The position numbers were made by a program, and so were the translations under genes. The notes under the pieces are model-generated. The model did not search any database, was not told the DNA's origin, and saw only the letters and a program-made list of their open reading frames with translations. A DNA stretch of 64,000 nucleotides. Source: Paraphysomonas bandaiensis. Taxonomy: Eukaryota > Protista > Chrysophyceae. Below are positions 38,427 to 51,701 of this stretch, one piece after another. The number at the start of each line of letters is the position of its first letter. Position 1 is the stretch's first letter. Location: the NCBI GenBank assembly GCA_965644295.1, contig CBFFRP010000373.1:62001-126000 (forward strand). The letters run 5' to 3'.

Positions 38427-39400
38427 CCCTCAACAAAATCGGTGTTTTAGGGGATAAGTACCGGAGAGATTTCTCCAGAAAACTAACGTAAGCCGCATAT
38501 ATAATCAACAGATAATTTTGCCCACTCATAGCCAAATGCTTGTGTGGTGCAGCAACAAGGAACACTAATTAGTGTCTCTTGTGTAGACGTCTTTGGGCCC
38601 TGACGGATATAGGCATTCAGGAATGGGCCCACCTCAAGGGCATCCGGGGTATTGGGCAGCCTGCTGAAGTCAACAATCCTGAAGGCAGCAAATGTTAGGT
38701 ATATTAACAATGTCATTCTGCTTGCTCACTGCGTTCGACACCTTGGTGCTTGCAGTGATGCACAAGCAGCTTTCGTAGCGTTAAATAGTAGGATATCAAA
38801 GTTTTAAGCACTAGTTAGTTAAATTGCAATGCTACATTAGTTTTGACTCTGAAACGTCTATATTGCTAATAATAAGAAATTCACTACGATGAGGAATATA
38901 GTTTGACCACATAAATGCTGAATAATGTGAACTCATATTCGGCATCAATTTCTCAACGCAAACGCAAACAATAGCGCCGGTGAGTCCACGGACACACGAC
39001 AAAGGCGAATTTCATATCACACAAAAAGAACGGAAGTGGTTGCACCTTGGTGCTTGCGGCGACGCACAAGCAGCTTTCGTAGCGTTAAATAGTAGGATAA
39101 AAGAGTTTGTATTGATTAGTTACGGGTAGTGGTCTAACTAGTATGACTAGCATTCTTCTAGCCACTAATTGCTGCAAGGTCTCAACGCCTATTGCTAAAT
39201 AATCAGACATTCACTACTATTCGGCATCAATTTCTCAACGCAAACGCAATGAGCAAGCAGAATGTTGCTATATACACAACTCCTGCTAAATTCAGGATTC
39301 TTTTGAATGCTTGAATTCAGCAGGATTTCCTCTAGATGGGTCCAATATTGGATGCCTGTTTATTTGTCAACACAGGTAACTTGTGCCTAAATATCGGGAC
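38427..39400. mobile_element. Cluster of family A copies: 38427-38883 (-), 39030-39217 (-), 39232-39370 (+)
   Basis: CCCTCAACAAAATCGG...TATTGCTAATAATAAGAAATTCA. A second terminal piece ends AATCAGACATTCACTAC. A 32-bp direct duplication lies at 38936-38967 and 39218-39249. Confidence 0.78.
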
Positions 39401-39904
39401 TTTTTCACTTGTATCAAAATATTGAGCATAAGACGAAGCAACCCCTTTTGCCTGTGTGATTAAGTCTAACTATATAATATTATATTTCATTCTACAGTAC
39501 TCCTTTGCAAAATGGAAGTTTATGCAAAGCACTTCTGTACAAATGAGTAAGTATTCTTTGAACTGTAAAGATTGTGGGGTCGCTGTGAGGTCCGCAGCGA
39601 AGACGTACCGCAAAAATTCTACTGTGTAGTGCATGTATATAACCAATGCAATTGTCGTTGCAAACCAATCGTAAAAATGTAGAGAAATGACACTATTATC
39701 ACAAGGTTAGGTACAAAATAATCTGATGTCGTGCAGCTTATAGCTTAGGGTTCATTGTGGAAGAGGTATTGCTACAAGGAGAGCTATAGTTGTATAGGGA
39801 GAATAGCATATCGTACACACATGGCGAATAACATGCTACATCTGCTTCGAAAGCCAGAAGTATGCCAGAGGTGTAGAAATCAGCATATTTCCATATCGTA
39901 GAAC

Positions 39905-41590
39905 TCAGCTGGTTTCTACAGCAGATCTATCTTCGGTTGAATGGTCACGACTAGCTGGAACATGTTCAGCACCCGTCGGTTCTAACATGATGGAAGATTT
40001 ATTGACAGGGTTTTGCCCGTGCGGATGATCACATGCTGCACTAGACTCAGAAAGAACGTTTTGATGAGGTATCTTGGAGTCGTCGGTTATTGATATCTCT
40101 CTTATCCACGTTCTGTGCCTCACATACACTACCATACAAGAGCAGAAATACAAGTTATTATGTATGTATCAAATGGATTGTCGAACAGACGCAGGCACTC
40201 ACATCCCGTTCCTGCCTCGGAGTAAATCTTTCCACTAGTGAAGTCGACAGAGTATCTCCACGCACCACCAAGCTGAATTAATGTTTTCAGATGAAGCTAC
40301 TACTGGTTTATGCATATACCTCATGTCCTGTTGTGGTCCACGGTTGGGTAACCTTCCACCCCTCCGGCACGGGGGCGGCTGCCTCCTCGCTGGATGCAAA
40401 AAACTGAGTACGGTTCGCATTAGCATACCTATAGGAAAAGTTGACCGCAGAAAAAAGTAATTAATTTAGTAATGGCAACGATTACAAGAGTTACATCGCT
40501 ATATGCAGTTGCAACAGGTGTAGTACTTGCTCCATGCCAATCACGAACCTGCCAGGATCTGTTGGAAGAAGATGATTATTCGAGTTCCCCCACCCGTGAA
40601 CGGGGCGGTAGCGTTCGTATTCATGGACGGTGTGTTGTTGCTTTCCCGCAGCCTCTCTGAGGCTTATAGCCCGGGCAGCAATCACTACCTAATACCGAAT
40701 TTGCTTACTCATAGATATTACATAATGTGCCGATACCTCTCCAGCAGGCTTTCCTGTGCTTGGGCTCGTCAAAGGCAGGGTCATCCGATTAAACTCACTC
40801 GATGAGATTTCATCAGTATTTAGTAGCACATCTCCCAGAAACACTTTCTTAGACCCACGCGATATGCTGCACATATGAGGTTATGAAACCAATACTTCTC
40901 AGATTCGATATACTTAACGCAGAAAGAACAATACGGGTGATCCCGCGAACACTAATAAACTGAAACTGTTCCGCAGGCTCCCATACGGGGTCCAGGGTCC
41001 TGCACACTCTCGATGTGCGCTGAGATTGCTCTCCAACCCCCTCCACTGGAGGTTTAGCACTTAATCGTATGATTGGGTCAGAACGTCCCCCATAGCACGA
41101 ATATCCAAGCACGTCAGCTTGATCAAGTTTGTTAGCAGCCATGACCTTGATGACCACAACAACAGAATCTGTATCGATAGCATTACGCATATATATTATA
41201 ACCACAACTGTAGCGGTACCTGCTGGACATTTCTCCAAATAAGGGGAAATATCAAATTCTCTTTTAAATGAAACGAAGTTTGCATTCGGCTTATTGAAAG
41301 TGTTTCCCATTGTTCCAATTCCCAATGGCTACTCTAGTAATTCCTTTTCATTGTCATCTTGTGTCACTTTTTTGATGCAATTCTGCTGTACAAACAGCAG
41401 TACAGTATATCAGCTATGTACATCATGTCTATTGACGTGTATTTTTGTTTACATTTTCTCTTCTGGAGTGATTGTCGAATCACAGACACTAAAATTCCAC
41501 GGAAGCGAAACGATTGGTCTTAACTTTTCAACCCAGCATATCAGCAAATACGTGCGCCCTCCCTCTGTAAGGAGTAAGAGTACCACATAA
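39905..41590 (-). pseudogene. C2 domain + dysferlin/peroxin (DysF) domain protein, apparently degenerate
   Basis: C2: VIKVMAANKLDQAD...SDPIIRL...QRTSRVCRTLDPVW...VFLGDV. DysF: HEYERYRPVHGWG...LLPTDPG and YVRHRTWIR. I could not build a clean spliced ORF, and the 5' part has stops. Confidence 0.6.
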
Positions 41591-42264
41591 GCATATGCAG
41601 ATGATGGATATGCAGAAGGTATAGGAACACTATGTCATAGTATGAAATTAAAGACAGTCGATTCGAGGTTCCTTTTTGGCACAGCTTTGAGCCAATTAAG
41701 CAATCGCGCAAGCTTGCGAAAGAACTATAAACTATACAACCCCATCTTTAAAATTACGAGTGAACAGAAGCTCTATATGTGAACGGGATATATGTGACCA
41801 TCGAAACTAACAGCGAAACAAGTGAGAATTTTAAAGATGAATATAGTGAACCAATCGGTTAAGATGCAGCCGCATAATTCGGATGGACTGTCCTGGAGGT
41901 GCAGCAGTGGAAATCTAATCCAGACCTCAATCCGAAGACGGGAAAGCGAATAAATTCAGCACCCAGCAATGGAATATACCAATACCTTAAAAAGTTATAA
42001 AGTATTACGCTTTTTCGTAATGTATACCAATTTTTCTGGTTTCATTGTTGACTAAATAACTTTATAAGGTAGCATGTAGGTATAATTGTATCAATCCTTA
42101 ACGAAGCGGCTATATTTGTGTTTTTATAATATTTCGTTGCATTTTCAGACTTTTGTAATATTTTTAATACTATATATACGAACTAGTTCAAGACTTTTTA
42201 CTTTAGTGGTGCAGTGAAATGACACTAATCGTATATAAAGTAAAAATAAATTAAAATACATGTG

Positions 42265-42446
42265 TGAAAGTCTTATTATTAGAAGTAGGCGCCAAGAACC
42301 AACACCAGATAAGAAGTTAGATGAAGACTAGTCAAGCTAGATTGACCTCTACGTGTAACTAACTAGCACAAATTCTCATATCCTTCTATGTATCACTACA
42401 GAAGCTGCTGTGCGTCGACGTAAGCACCAAGGTGCAACCACTTCCG
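42265..42446 (+). repeat. Family A terminal fragment
   Basis: TGAAAGTCTTATTATTAG...GCTGTGCGTCGACGTAAGCACCAAGGTGCAACCACTTCCG. Confidence 0.7.
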
Positions 42447-43406
42447 CAGCTTCGTTTGTTGCTGCATGTGTGTCCACGTCGCTGACGCGGTCTAGGGGGG
42501 AGTCTATGTGACCCCTTTAGGTTGACAGCATAACACCCACTAGCATTTGTTTGGCTGTAACATAAAGCGATTGAAAGTGGGTAACAACTGCTTTATCAAC
42601 ACGTAGTCCACGCGAATTGAGGGAGCAATTGTACTGTGCTCCAAAAACGCTTTCCATTTGAGCCTCGGTGATACTGTCCAGAATCGTTTAACCTACGGAA
42701 ATGAGGTAATCCAGGCTCTGCGGGAAAGTTTCTTGAGAATGGCGGAGCTACAAGGTGGGAGGGTTGGATCAATTAGGAGTTTCCGCAGAGACTTCTTGTG
42801 TCTCTGAAAGGCGGATTCTCGTATCTGAGAGATGGAGGCAAGTGGGCAATCAAGGCACATATGCTTGAGAGAGTCAAGCCGAAAGCCATAGTCAGAACAT
42901 TTGGCTTTGTTCAGGTTAAGTCCAAATTTTGTTTTGGTCCTATTCCTACCAATTAAAATACATACGTATCCCTACATGGTTAGTAATTTATAACCCAGAG
43001 CTATATCGGCACTATTGTTAGTTAATAGGTCTAATATCGAACTCATAGCATGTGTACAAAGTACAAATTGAAGCGTGACTTCTTGTTTTTCGATGACGTC
43101 TATTTCGATGGATACTTGTGTATCAAATTACGAAGTTACGCCACTTTTGGAAATTTGCCTTAGGCATTGTGCTAGAATTGTAAATTCTAGTTAAAATTTA
43201 TACTTTATACAGATTGTATGTTCCTTCTGTGTATATATAATTACGTATGTATTTAAAAGCCATATGTGGTTGATGTTTACTCTTCAAGGTACGAAGCATG
43301 CATTATTACAACTGTATTGTGCTACCAAAACTCGCTGAAACAGAAACATTGATGGTATATCCATGCTGAATATGCAAAATTGTTAAATTTAAGAAAAGGT
43401 CTCACA

Positions 43407-44768
43407 TTAATACTCTTCCCCAAAGTCTTCCTCTTCCCCTTCACCTTCAGCGGTCTCCGCGCCAACCTCTTCATAATCCTTCTCGAGGGCAGCAAGATCC
43501 TCACGAGCTTCAGAGAACTCCCCCTCCTCCATTCCCTCTCCGACATACCAATGAACAAAGGCACGCTTGGCATACATAAGATCAAACTTATGGTCAATAC
43601 GAGAAAGGGCCTCAGCAATGGCGGTGGTATTAGAGACCATGCACACAGCGCGCTGTACACGTGCAAGATCTCCACCAGGAACAACTGTTGGCGGCTGGTA
43701 GTTGATACCACACTTGAATCCGGTGGGACACCAGTCGACAAACTGAACTGTTCTCTTAGTCTTGATCGTGGCAACAGAAGCATTAACGTCTTTGGGGACA
43801 ACATCTCCTCTGTACATAAGGCAGCACGCCATATACTTGCCATGGCGCGGGTCACATTTCGTCATCATGTTGCTTGGCTCGAACACAGAATTCGTGATCT
43901 CTGATACAGACAATTGCTCGTGGTAAGCTTTTTCAGCAGAAATAATTGGAGCGTATGAAGTTAACATAAAATGAATACGAGGATAAGGTACTAAGTTGGT
44001 TTGGAATTCAGATATATCTACGTTGAGAGCGCCATCAAAACGCAGGGAAGCTGTGAGGGAAGACACCACTTGGGCAACAAGACGATTAAGATTGGTGTAA
44101 GTGGGTCGCTCAATATCAAGATTACGACGACATACGTCATAGAGGGCTTCGTTGTCAAGGCAAAAAGTACAGTCAGTATGCTCCAGGAGTGAATGGGTAG
44201 AGAGCACATGGTTGTACGGCTCTACGACAGCCGTGGCCACCTGAGGAGCGGGAGTAATTGTGAAAGAAAGCTTCGATTTGCGGCCATAGTCAACAGAGAG
44301 TCTCTCAAGCAGAAGAGAACCAAGGCCGGATCCAGTACCACCACCAGTAGCGTGAAATATCATGAATCCCTGAAGGCCGGTGCAATTATCCGCGAGCTTG
44401 CGAACTCGGTCGAGTACAAGATCAACAATTTCTTTTCCTATTGTGTAATGACCCCTAGCATAGTTATTGGCAGCATCCTCCTTGCCACTTATTACTTGTT
44501 CGGGATGATAGAGCTGTCTGTATGTACCCGTGCGAATCTCATCGCACACAGCTGGCTCAAGGTCAACCATCACTGCCCGAGGAACATGTTTTCCTGCTCC
44601 GGTTTCAGAAAAAAAAGTATTGAAAGAGTCATCCCCGCATCCAACAGTTTTATCACTAGGCATCTGACCATCCGGTTGAATTCCATGCTCCAAGCAGTAG
44701 AGCTCCCAACAGCCGTTGCCAACTTGGACGCCGGCCTGACCAATGTGCACGGATAACACTTCACGCAT
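43407..44768 (-). CDS. TUA: Alpha-tubulin, intronless, 453 aa
   Basis: [20 protein letters not shown] signature, C-terminal EEDFGEEY. Confidence 0.99.
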   Translation of the reverse strand: MREVLSVHIGQAGVQVGNGCWELYCLEHGIQPDGQMPSDKTVGCGDDSFNTFFSETGAGKHVPRAVMVDLEPAVCDEIRTGTYRQLYHPEQVISGKEDAANNYARGHYTIGKEIVDLVLDRVRKLADNCTGLQGFMIFHATGGGTGSGLGSLLLERLSVDYGRKSKLSFTITPAPQVATAVVEPYNHVLSTHSLLEHTDCTFCLDNEALYDVCRRNLDIERPTYTNLNRLVAQVVSSLTASLRFDGALNVDISEFQTNLVPYPRIHFMLTSYAPIISAEKAYHEQLSVSEITNSVFEPSNMMTKCDPRHGKYMACCLMYRGDVVPKDVNASVATIKTKRTVQFVDWCPTGFKCGINYQPPTVVPGGDLARVQRAVCMVSNTTAIAEALSRIDHKFDLMYAKRAFVHWYVGEGMEEGEFSEAREDLAALEKDYEEVGAETAEGEGEEEDFGEEY

Positions 44769-45313
44769 TCTTTTGTATTAATACTGTGCAGTGATAAATG
44801 TAGTTGCTTTGTGGTGAAGTCAATAACATTTCGCACCATCCTTTTACGGCTTTCAAATACATCTGTTTTGTTAGGAGGTGTCTCGTTTACCATTGGAATC
44901 CCTTGTTGCATTTTCTCTGAAATAACAGGTGCTGGTCACATAATAACAGGTGTGGGATGAAATAAAATTGCGCATACCGTGGTTATTGTGGCTGAAAATC
45001 TCCTGTATATAAAATTTACTGGATTTTTTTGATTCCACAATAAAAAATTCTCAAACGCAACAGACTTCATACAAAAGACCTTTTTTTTATTCAGTTTCAA
45101 CAAAATGTTGTGTTCGTGTCAAGCTCCAGTTGACATGAATGAAGTATGCAGTACAGAGTAGCGATTTAGATTTTATTGTCGACGATGTCATGTATCTCCA
45201 CTAGTTGGAAACTCATCGTCCAACTCTGAAACATTATGACAGATTTAGAACTGCCCACGAAATGTAGGAAAATGCAGTTATCGATTCCTATTCAATAATT
45301 CGATTAGACCGTC

Positions 45314-48222
45314 ATGAGTACAGTAACCGTGCTTTGCAGACTGAAGCCGGTGCGTGTTGTCTAAATAGGGCCTGCTTTGTAACTGTGTATTAGGACAAGA
45401 AAAATAATTTTTCACCCCACATTTCCCTGGATCACAACTCAATAACAGTAAACTCTGGTAAATCTGAATCAGCAACTTTCACTTTTGACAACGTTTTACC
45501 AATATCGTCAAAACAAGAAGATGTATATGAACTGGTTCAACCCATGATCAATGATTCTCTCATTGGATATAATGCAACTATTTTTACTTATGGTCAAACT
45601 GGATCAGGTGAGTATTCCTGTGCCAACGTTGCAACCTTGTGATTAACTGATTATATGTGAATTTTAGGGAAAACGTATACCATGCATGGTACTGAAGGTG
45701 CAGACAGGGGAATCATCCCACGCGTGTTGGATACCGTGTTGGCTGTTGACCAACCACCTTCACAAGTAGCCTCGGGCCACAATCGCACCGAGGTCACGAT
45801 ATCATGTCTTGAGATATATCAGGAGAAGCTGTCTGATCTGCTAGTCGAGTCTGGCGGCATACGTCGCTGCGATATACCCTTGAGAATTCGTCAACAGCAT
45901 ACCGGAGAGGTCTGGGTTGAGGTGATGTTTTCTTGAATGTCGTTGCACCTTGCTACCTTACTCTTGTCTCTACAGGGCCTAACTGAACGTACCATACTTA
46001 CCTCCGTTGAGTTTGAACAGGTAAAGAACGTTATGAATTTCTGTTGGTGTTTATGAATCTATTTGTGCGTTTTAGATATTCTCTACGGCGTGTAAGCGCA
46101 GGGCAGTCGGTGCCCACTCCATGAATACGGAGTCAAGCAGGAGTCATTTCTGTTGCACTCTGCGAATCTTGCGTACTTCAGTAAGTTCTGGAGAGAAGAT
46201 TGCAAGTAAGATTCATCTCATAGATTTGGCTGGGAGCGAGATGGTATGTTGAGAGCTTGCTATGTTAAATATGTGTAAGTTAACCTGTGGTAGGTGAGAA
46301 AAACTTCTGCTCAGGGATGTAGACTCAATGAGGCCAAATACATCAACAAGTCTCTCAGCGCTCTGGGAAATGTTATCAATGCCCTCACCTGTCACAGCGG
46401 ATCAGGTCCAGGCCAAACGAGCTCCCGCCATGTGCCCTTCAGAGACTCTAAATTGACACGATTCCTCCAAGACTCACTCTCCGGAAATGCTAAAACTATG
46501 CTTGTGTTGACCGTTTCTTCTGCAATAGAGAACATCCAGGAAACTATTGCTACTCTAAGATTTGGTGAAAGAGCCAGGAAACTTAGAACAGTTCCTAAGA
46601 TTAACACAGAAAAAACTGATGCATGCTTGAAGAAAGCCCTAGCTAGAGCACAAAAACAACTCCTTGTCCTGAATGCCACTATCGACGAGCTACGACAGGA
46701 GTCGTGCAATAAAGACGACGACTTATTGCGATATAGAAAAGCGTTAGATGATATAAAATCTCTAAAGGATGACGACGAATGCAAGCAGTTGCGAAGTGAC
46801 CTACCTTGCGCGAACTGTGCCTTGCTTCAGGCAGAAAATGCAAGGCTAACACAAGCACTGCATGCGACAAGAGCACCGCTGTCTGATCTGCATCCACGTA
46901 GTATAGTTAAAGACGTGTCAGCTTTGAACGCTGCTACTGAATCTAGTTCACTCCATGTACCGTATGAAGAGTCTCGGTGTGGTGTGTGTGGAATGAATGA
47001 GCGCGAAACAGAAATGCTCAATGCAGATACAGGAGAGCACTTAGGTGGGTACTTCTCCTGTGATGGCAATTGTGGAATGCAGTTCCATGTCCGTTGTGCT
47101 GGTGAGGTTGGGGAGGGGGGGCAATATGTTGTACCCGTTGGTGAATGGTATTGTACCGCTTGCAGTGTGGCAGACGATGCGCTGGACAACATACCAGTTG
47201 CACCCTTGGGACCTATTTCTCCGTCCCCTGCACGTGAGGCCTCGACAGATGCGATATCTAAAGATGATCAGATTGCTCGACTACAGGCGGAGTATCATGC
47301 GATGAGACGGGAAAGAAATAGGGTTCTTAATCAGTGGCAACATGAGCAAAGATTGGCCGCGCAATCAACAAAGTATCGATTAGAGAAAGAGCGTGAACAA
47401 GATGAAGAGATCATAGCTGCTAAGGAAATTATATCTAAGTTGCAGGATGATGTTCTCAAAGGGTTCCACGAGCAGAATAGATTGAAGAAGCTGCTTGATG
47501 ATCTAGTCATGAATCCGTCGAATCAAATATATGGAAGCTCGAATACTAGTGCATCAGTATCTGTAAATGTATGTGCCGTTCCGGGGACATCTAATGATAT
47601 AGCGCAAAATAGCAAAGGAACTACGGAGGACACATCTCAGGTGCAATCGATTACAAGTCCTCATGATAGTGGTGCTGAGTTGAAACGAAGGAATAAAGAG
47701 GAATTTAGTGTGAGCAATGCACTGTTGGCTCGAAGTGGATTGGACCACCTGTGCATGTCGAGTTCAACATCTGATATACCTAAGCCCTGGTTGTCGAAGT
47801 CGTCCACGAAGAAAACCAAAAAAAATCGTGAAATTGAAATCGAATCGCGTAATTCGCTGACAGATAATGTGACCATGGCCCCTGTGGTGAGACTAGCAAC
47901 CTCTCCAATCAGGAAGGGGATGGAAGGAACCTCGCACTCCCTCAGTGGCAGTCCACAGGAAGGAGCAACGGTAACTCTCTCCCCAGCACATAAACACGGC
48001 GCTTCCAGCGATGATGAGGATATTTGCACTCCATCCTCTCGTCATAAAACACCCTTCAATAAGCGGCTCAAAAAACTGCTTAAGTCCGTCCAAGAAGAAA
48101 CTGGGTCATTTGCGGAGATTCGACAGCGGTACAGAGACAGGGAGACCGAAAGGAGTATGCTGAAATCTAGAGGAGTAGACAGGCAGAGAGTTGTTCTATC
48201 ATCGTCCCTTCCGGCAATATGA
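45314..48222 (+). CDS. N-terminal kinesin motor + coiled coil + PHD finger, multi-exon
   Basis: MSTVTVLCRLKP|intron 45350-45393; FTFDNV; YGQTGS|GKTYTM (P-loop); NTESSRSH; LIDLAGSE; INKSLSAL; HVPFRDSKLT. C4HC3 finger CGVC...CDGNC...FHVRC...WYCTAC. Confidence 0.93.
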
Positions 48223-48778
48223 CCCGATATGATATTCTGTTATGATTCTACTTGTTGCGTGTTATTAGTATATGTTATATGTAGTGGGAAATATATAATA
48301 TACTTAGGTTTCAGCCATTTCGACTCGTTGTAAAGGGTAAATGCTCTCTTCTTGGAAGTGCTGAATACACTGTACACCTCAGTCCCCAAGTAAACATATA
48401 TATTGTTGTTATATTTTATTACATGTTTTGTCAATAGATTTATCATTAATGTGGAATATAACATAATACCTAATAGAGCAACGAAAATGAATTGCAGCAT
48501 TGCGCGGAAAGTATTGCGGCATTGCTTTCAATTACTTATGGATGATATTTATATCGCCGAACGGCGGCTATCCATGCATCTATTTCGTAGTAGGCTTGAG
48601 GGATTGAACGGTCAGTCGCTAATAAATTCTTACGTTGGCGAATTCCTGCCTGGTCAAAATCCAAATCAAATACCTAACTTCTACCTGAAAATTATTTCTA
48701 TATTCATGTTGCGAAAGTTACAGACAGCAGTACACCCTAAGAAAGAAGCTACACGATTTAAAATAACAGAAAATAACG

Positions 48779-49744
48779 TCAATCCTTGGAGTTTACACTA
48801 AGTTCTTTTTCAATATTGGATGTATACCTCTTTGAGAACACTTCAATGTAATACCCCGCCCCATTCCATATCGACACAAGGCAAATGCTTGCGCCGAATA
48901 ACGCGTTAGCAAGTTGATTATGATAGAATAGAATGGTAGGACAAAGCATAAGGAAGGTAACAATAACGTTTCCTACTCCATAGAGAAGCCAACCGTATCT
49001 TATCTCCCTTAGAGCCTTCAGAGGTCCGCCTTTGTTGCGCGTCAGCCATCTGTAAGAAGTCAAATACTCCTCGTCAGGAATGGGGCATATGAATCGGATA
49101 GTGATCCCGTAACAGATGATCCAACATGTGTAAAACGCTATAGGAACGGCAGCTGTCCATGCAAAGTATGCACAGTGTTCGTCCACTGGACATGTCGTGT
49201 ATCTGCCTTGTTCCGCGGTGAACCAGCGCAAACTATACGTCACAAGCATTGGAGAAACATGTATAAAGTTGCTCGTCATCTTATCGAGTGAATGAAATAC
49301 AAGAGAGTTTCTGAAAAGACAAACTGACCACGCCAGTGGACCATGACTGACTGAATATATGACTACAAAGAGATACTTGTTGTCAGGTAAAATTAGGAGA
49401 TATAATAGAACAATAAGGTTTGCCCAGTAACAAAAATCGAGCAAAAAATACTGCAGTTTATTTTGGAAAAACATATAAGTTCGTACTCCCATCAAGACTG
49501 GTGCTTTTGCAATGTAAAGCCAAGGAATTACCCACGGAAATCCATGCAAACAGAAAGCTAAACTTATGACGTCAACAACTCCCCAGCAAAACACGAATTT
49601 GTCTCTAAGCTTCAGCAGGCTCGGAGTTCTCGGATCTCCTATTCTTTCTAACTCTTCCGTATTGAGCTCAATGTCAAAACTATCGACTACTCGATGGATT
49701 TCATTTTGTGTGTCTGCATTTTGATTTTCTATTGCCGCACTCAT
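48779..49744 (-). CDS. GPC1: Glycerophosphocholine acyltransferase (GPCAT/Gpc1, DUF2838), intronless
   Basis: YFLLDFCYWAN, GPLAWS..FRNSLVFHSLDKMTSNFIH, LTSYRWL, IWNGAGYYIEVF. Multiple TM helices. Confidence 0.9.
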   Translation of the reverse strand: MSAAIENQNADTQNEIHRVVDSFDIELNTEELERIGDPRTPSLLKLRDKFVFCWGVVDVISLAFCLHGFPWVIPWLYIAKAPVLMGVRTYMFFQNKLQYFLLDFCYWANLIVLLYLLILPDNKYLFVVIYSVSHGPLAWSVCLFRNSLVFHSLDKMTSNFIHVSPMLVTYSLRWFTAEQGRYTTCPVDEHCAYFAWTAAVPIAFYTCWIICYGITIRFICPIPDEEYLTSYRWLTRNKGGPLKALREIRYGWLLYGVGNVIVTFLMLCPTILFYHNQLANALFGASICLVSIWNGAGYYIEVFSKRYTSNIEKELSVNSKD

Positions 49745-50297
49745 AACTGTATCAGGGTTGACGAGATGAACAAATAATCAGGAATAATTGGATTTTAAAT
49801 CTCATTCACAGTGATAAAACTTATATGTGTTTAGACCATGATCATTTTACTTGTACTGGCCAGCATCGGCATCCTTTGTATATTTTTGTTCAGAGATGCC
49901 TCTAATATTGAGTCAACATTTATGTGTATTCCAGCCGTAGTTGTATATCAGTAATATAGACGGTTTTTGCTTCAATTTATATCCGAAAAATAAGATGCTG
50001 ACTGCCAATACGCACTATGGCATGATTCAGAGTATGTTCTTTTCCGACATCATGGCATGAATTTCTTTGTCAATAATTGGGAAAGCCGGGACAGTAGTCA
50101 GTGGCTTTTTAGCCGTATACACAAGTATACAGCGGTATACCACGAGAACAGTGGTGTATTGTGTGTTTTGACGGAAACAGCTAATCAACAAGCGAATGGA
50201 TGTCGTCAAATTACACCCACAGTGAAACAGCATCCCACGGCTCTATATTATCATTCAGTTTGTGTTACCAGTGCATATTCGTTGAAGCACAAAAAGT

Positions 50298-51035
50298 ATG
50301 GGGGATTCTATGCAACCAGCAAGTTGTGGACTGAAGAATATATCTGGGTCTCGAAAGAAGTATGTTCTGTTTCGTTTCCCTAAGGATGTGAGTGGTATGA
50401 TAAAGCGAGAAAGCAATATTAATATATCGTAATTATTATCAGATGAAACTAGATGATTTAGATGGAGTCAGTATTACGCTACCCAGTGATAATGATTCCC
50501 AAGTATTGAAGGATGGACATGAAAAGTTATACATCGTCAACAAAGATGCCTCGTACCTGTATTCGAGATTTCGCCCAATATATGAGTGTGACGATGCAAG
50601 TGGGCACGGGACTGTGGGAGATGCATTTGGTGCAACTTATTCAATAACTCATAACATTGAAATAGGAAATAACGATGCGTCGAATAAGGCAGTGGTATTA
50701 GTTTGAGTATGTATACTATCATTGTAATTTTCTGATACAAGGTGAAATCGTATACTGCAGTTCCACAAATTCAAGGGTTGACAGTGAGGTCACTTCCATT
50801 TGGGTCAACTACCGATATTAAGGATCTAAGGAACAAACTTGCTGCACGTGGACAACACGAAACATCTGTAAAATCTCCGCCGAAGATGTCGAAGAAGAAG
50901 AGAAAAATAGAAGAGAACATTGACAAAAAAACTAACGTTGCTGAGTTAAAATCCTCTTGTGTAGCCTCGTCTGAATCTTCTGATACACCGAAAAGCAAGA
51001 CTAAAAAACATAAAAGAAAATCGTCGACTAAGTAG
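50298..51035 (+). CDS. Small 3-exon Lys-rich protein, possibly RNA polymerase I subunit RPA34/PAF49-like
   Basis: MGDSMQ...YVLFRFPKD|MKLDDLDGVSITLP..., introns 50388-50442 and 50701-50741, basic C-terminal tail. The family assignment is pattern-level only. Confidence 0.5.
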
Positions 51036-51399
51036 GTCGTGCTTGTCAGTTGTCATATAATCCACTATGATATATTTATTACTTGGTTGTACTTCGAAAT
51101 AGTTCGTAACATAAGTATATATTTCATATAGAATTATTCCTTGTTTTGGTGTTTTATCTGTTTTTTCATTTATTGAAATCACGGTAATATACTCCATACT
51201 CCGGGGGATAGGAAACAATATGTTGCAATATATTGTACCAAACAATCACGAGTGGACGTAGACGACAACAGAAGATATCGAATGGTTACAACAATTTGAA
51301 TACAATTACAACAACTACATGGTGAGTGGGAAGAGTCAATTAAGAGGTATTTACGGGCTGTCTGCACCTATATGAGTTGACAAGATCTGAGATAGATGC

Positions 51400-51600
51400 T
51401 GTTAGAATATATCTCCGTTCAGACAGTGCTTATTGCAACAATACAGAGGATGATGAAGCTGAAGTTGGCAATGCGGAAAAAATTCTTCAATCAGCTTAAA
51501 AACTTAAGAAACGGAAAGTTGAAATAACTAAGTCAGCTGCAAGTCATGTAGTATGTACTTCCAATACATTTGAACGCCTGTTTGTTGCGCAAACGTAAGC
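51400..51600 (+). pseudogene. Possible hAT C-terminal remnant
   Basis: HVVCTSNTFERLF at about 51545-51585. Confidence 0.4.
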
Positions 51601-51701
51601 ATCTTACTTGAGCTGATTGCTTAACACCACTGCACAATATATTGTAATGAACACCTGATTTAGAGTGTATAATGAACAGGCGTAATGACGAATGACGAGC
51701 A

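Noticed and set aside
43322-44911. Long overlapping or antisense ORFs around alpha-tubulin
   Set aside because: Shadow frames of a conserved coding sequence.
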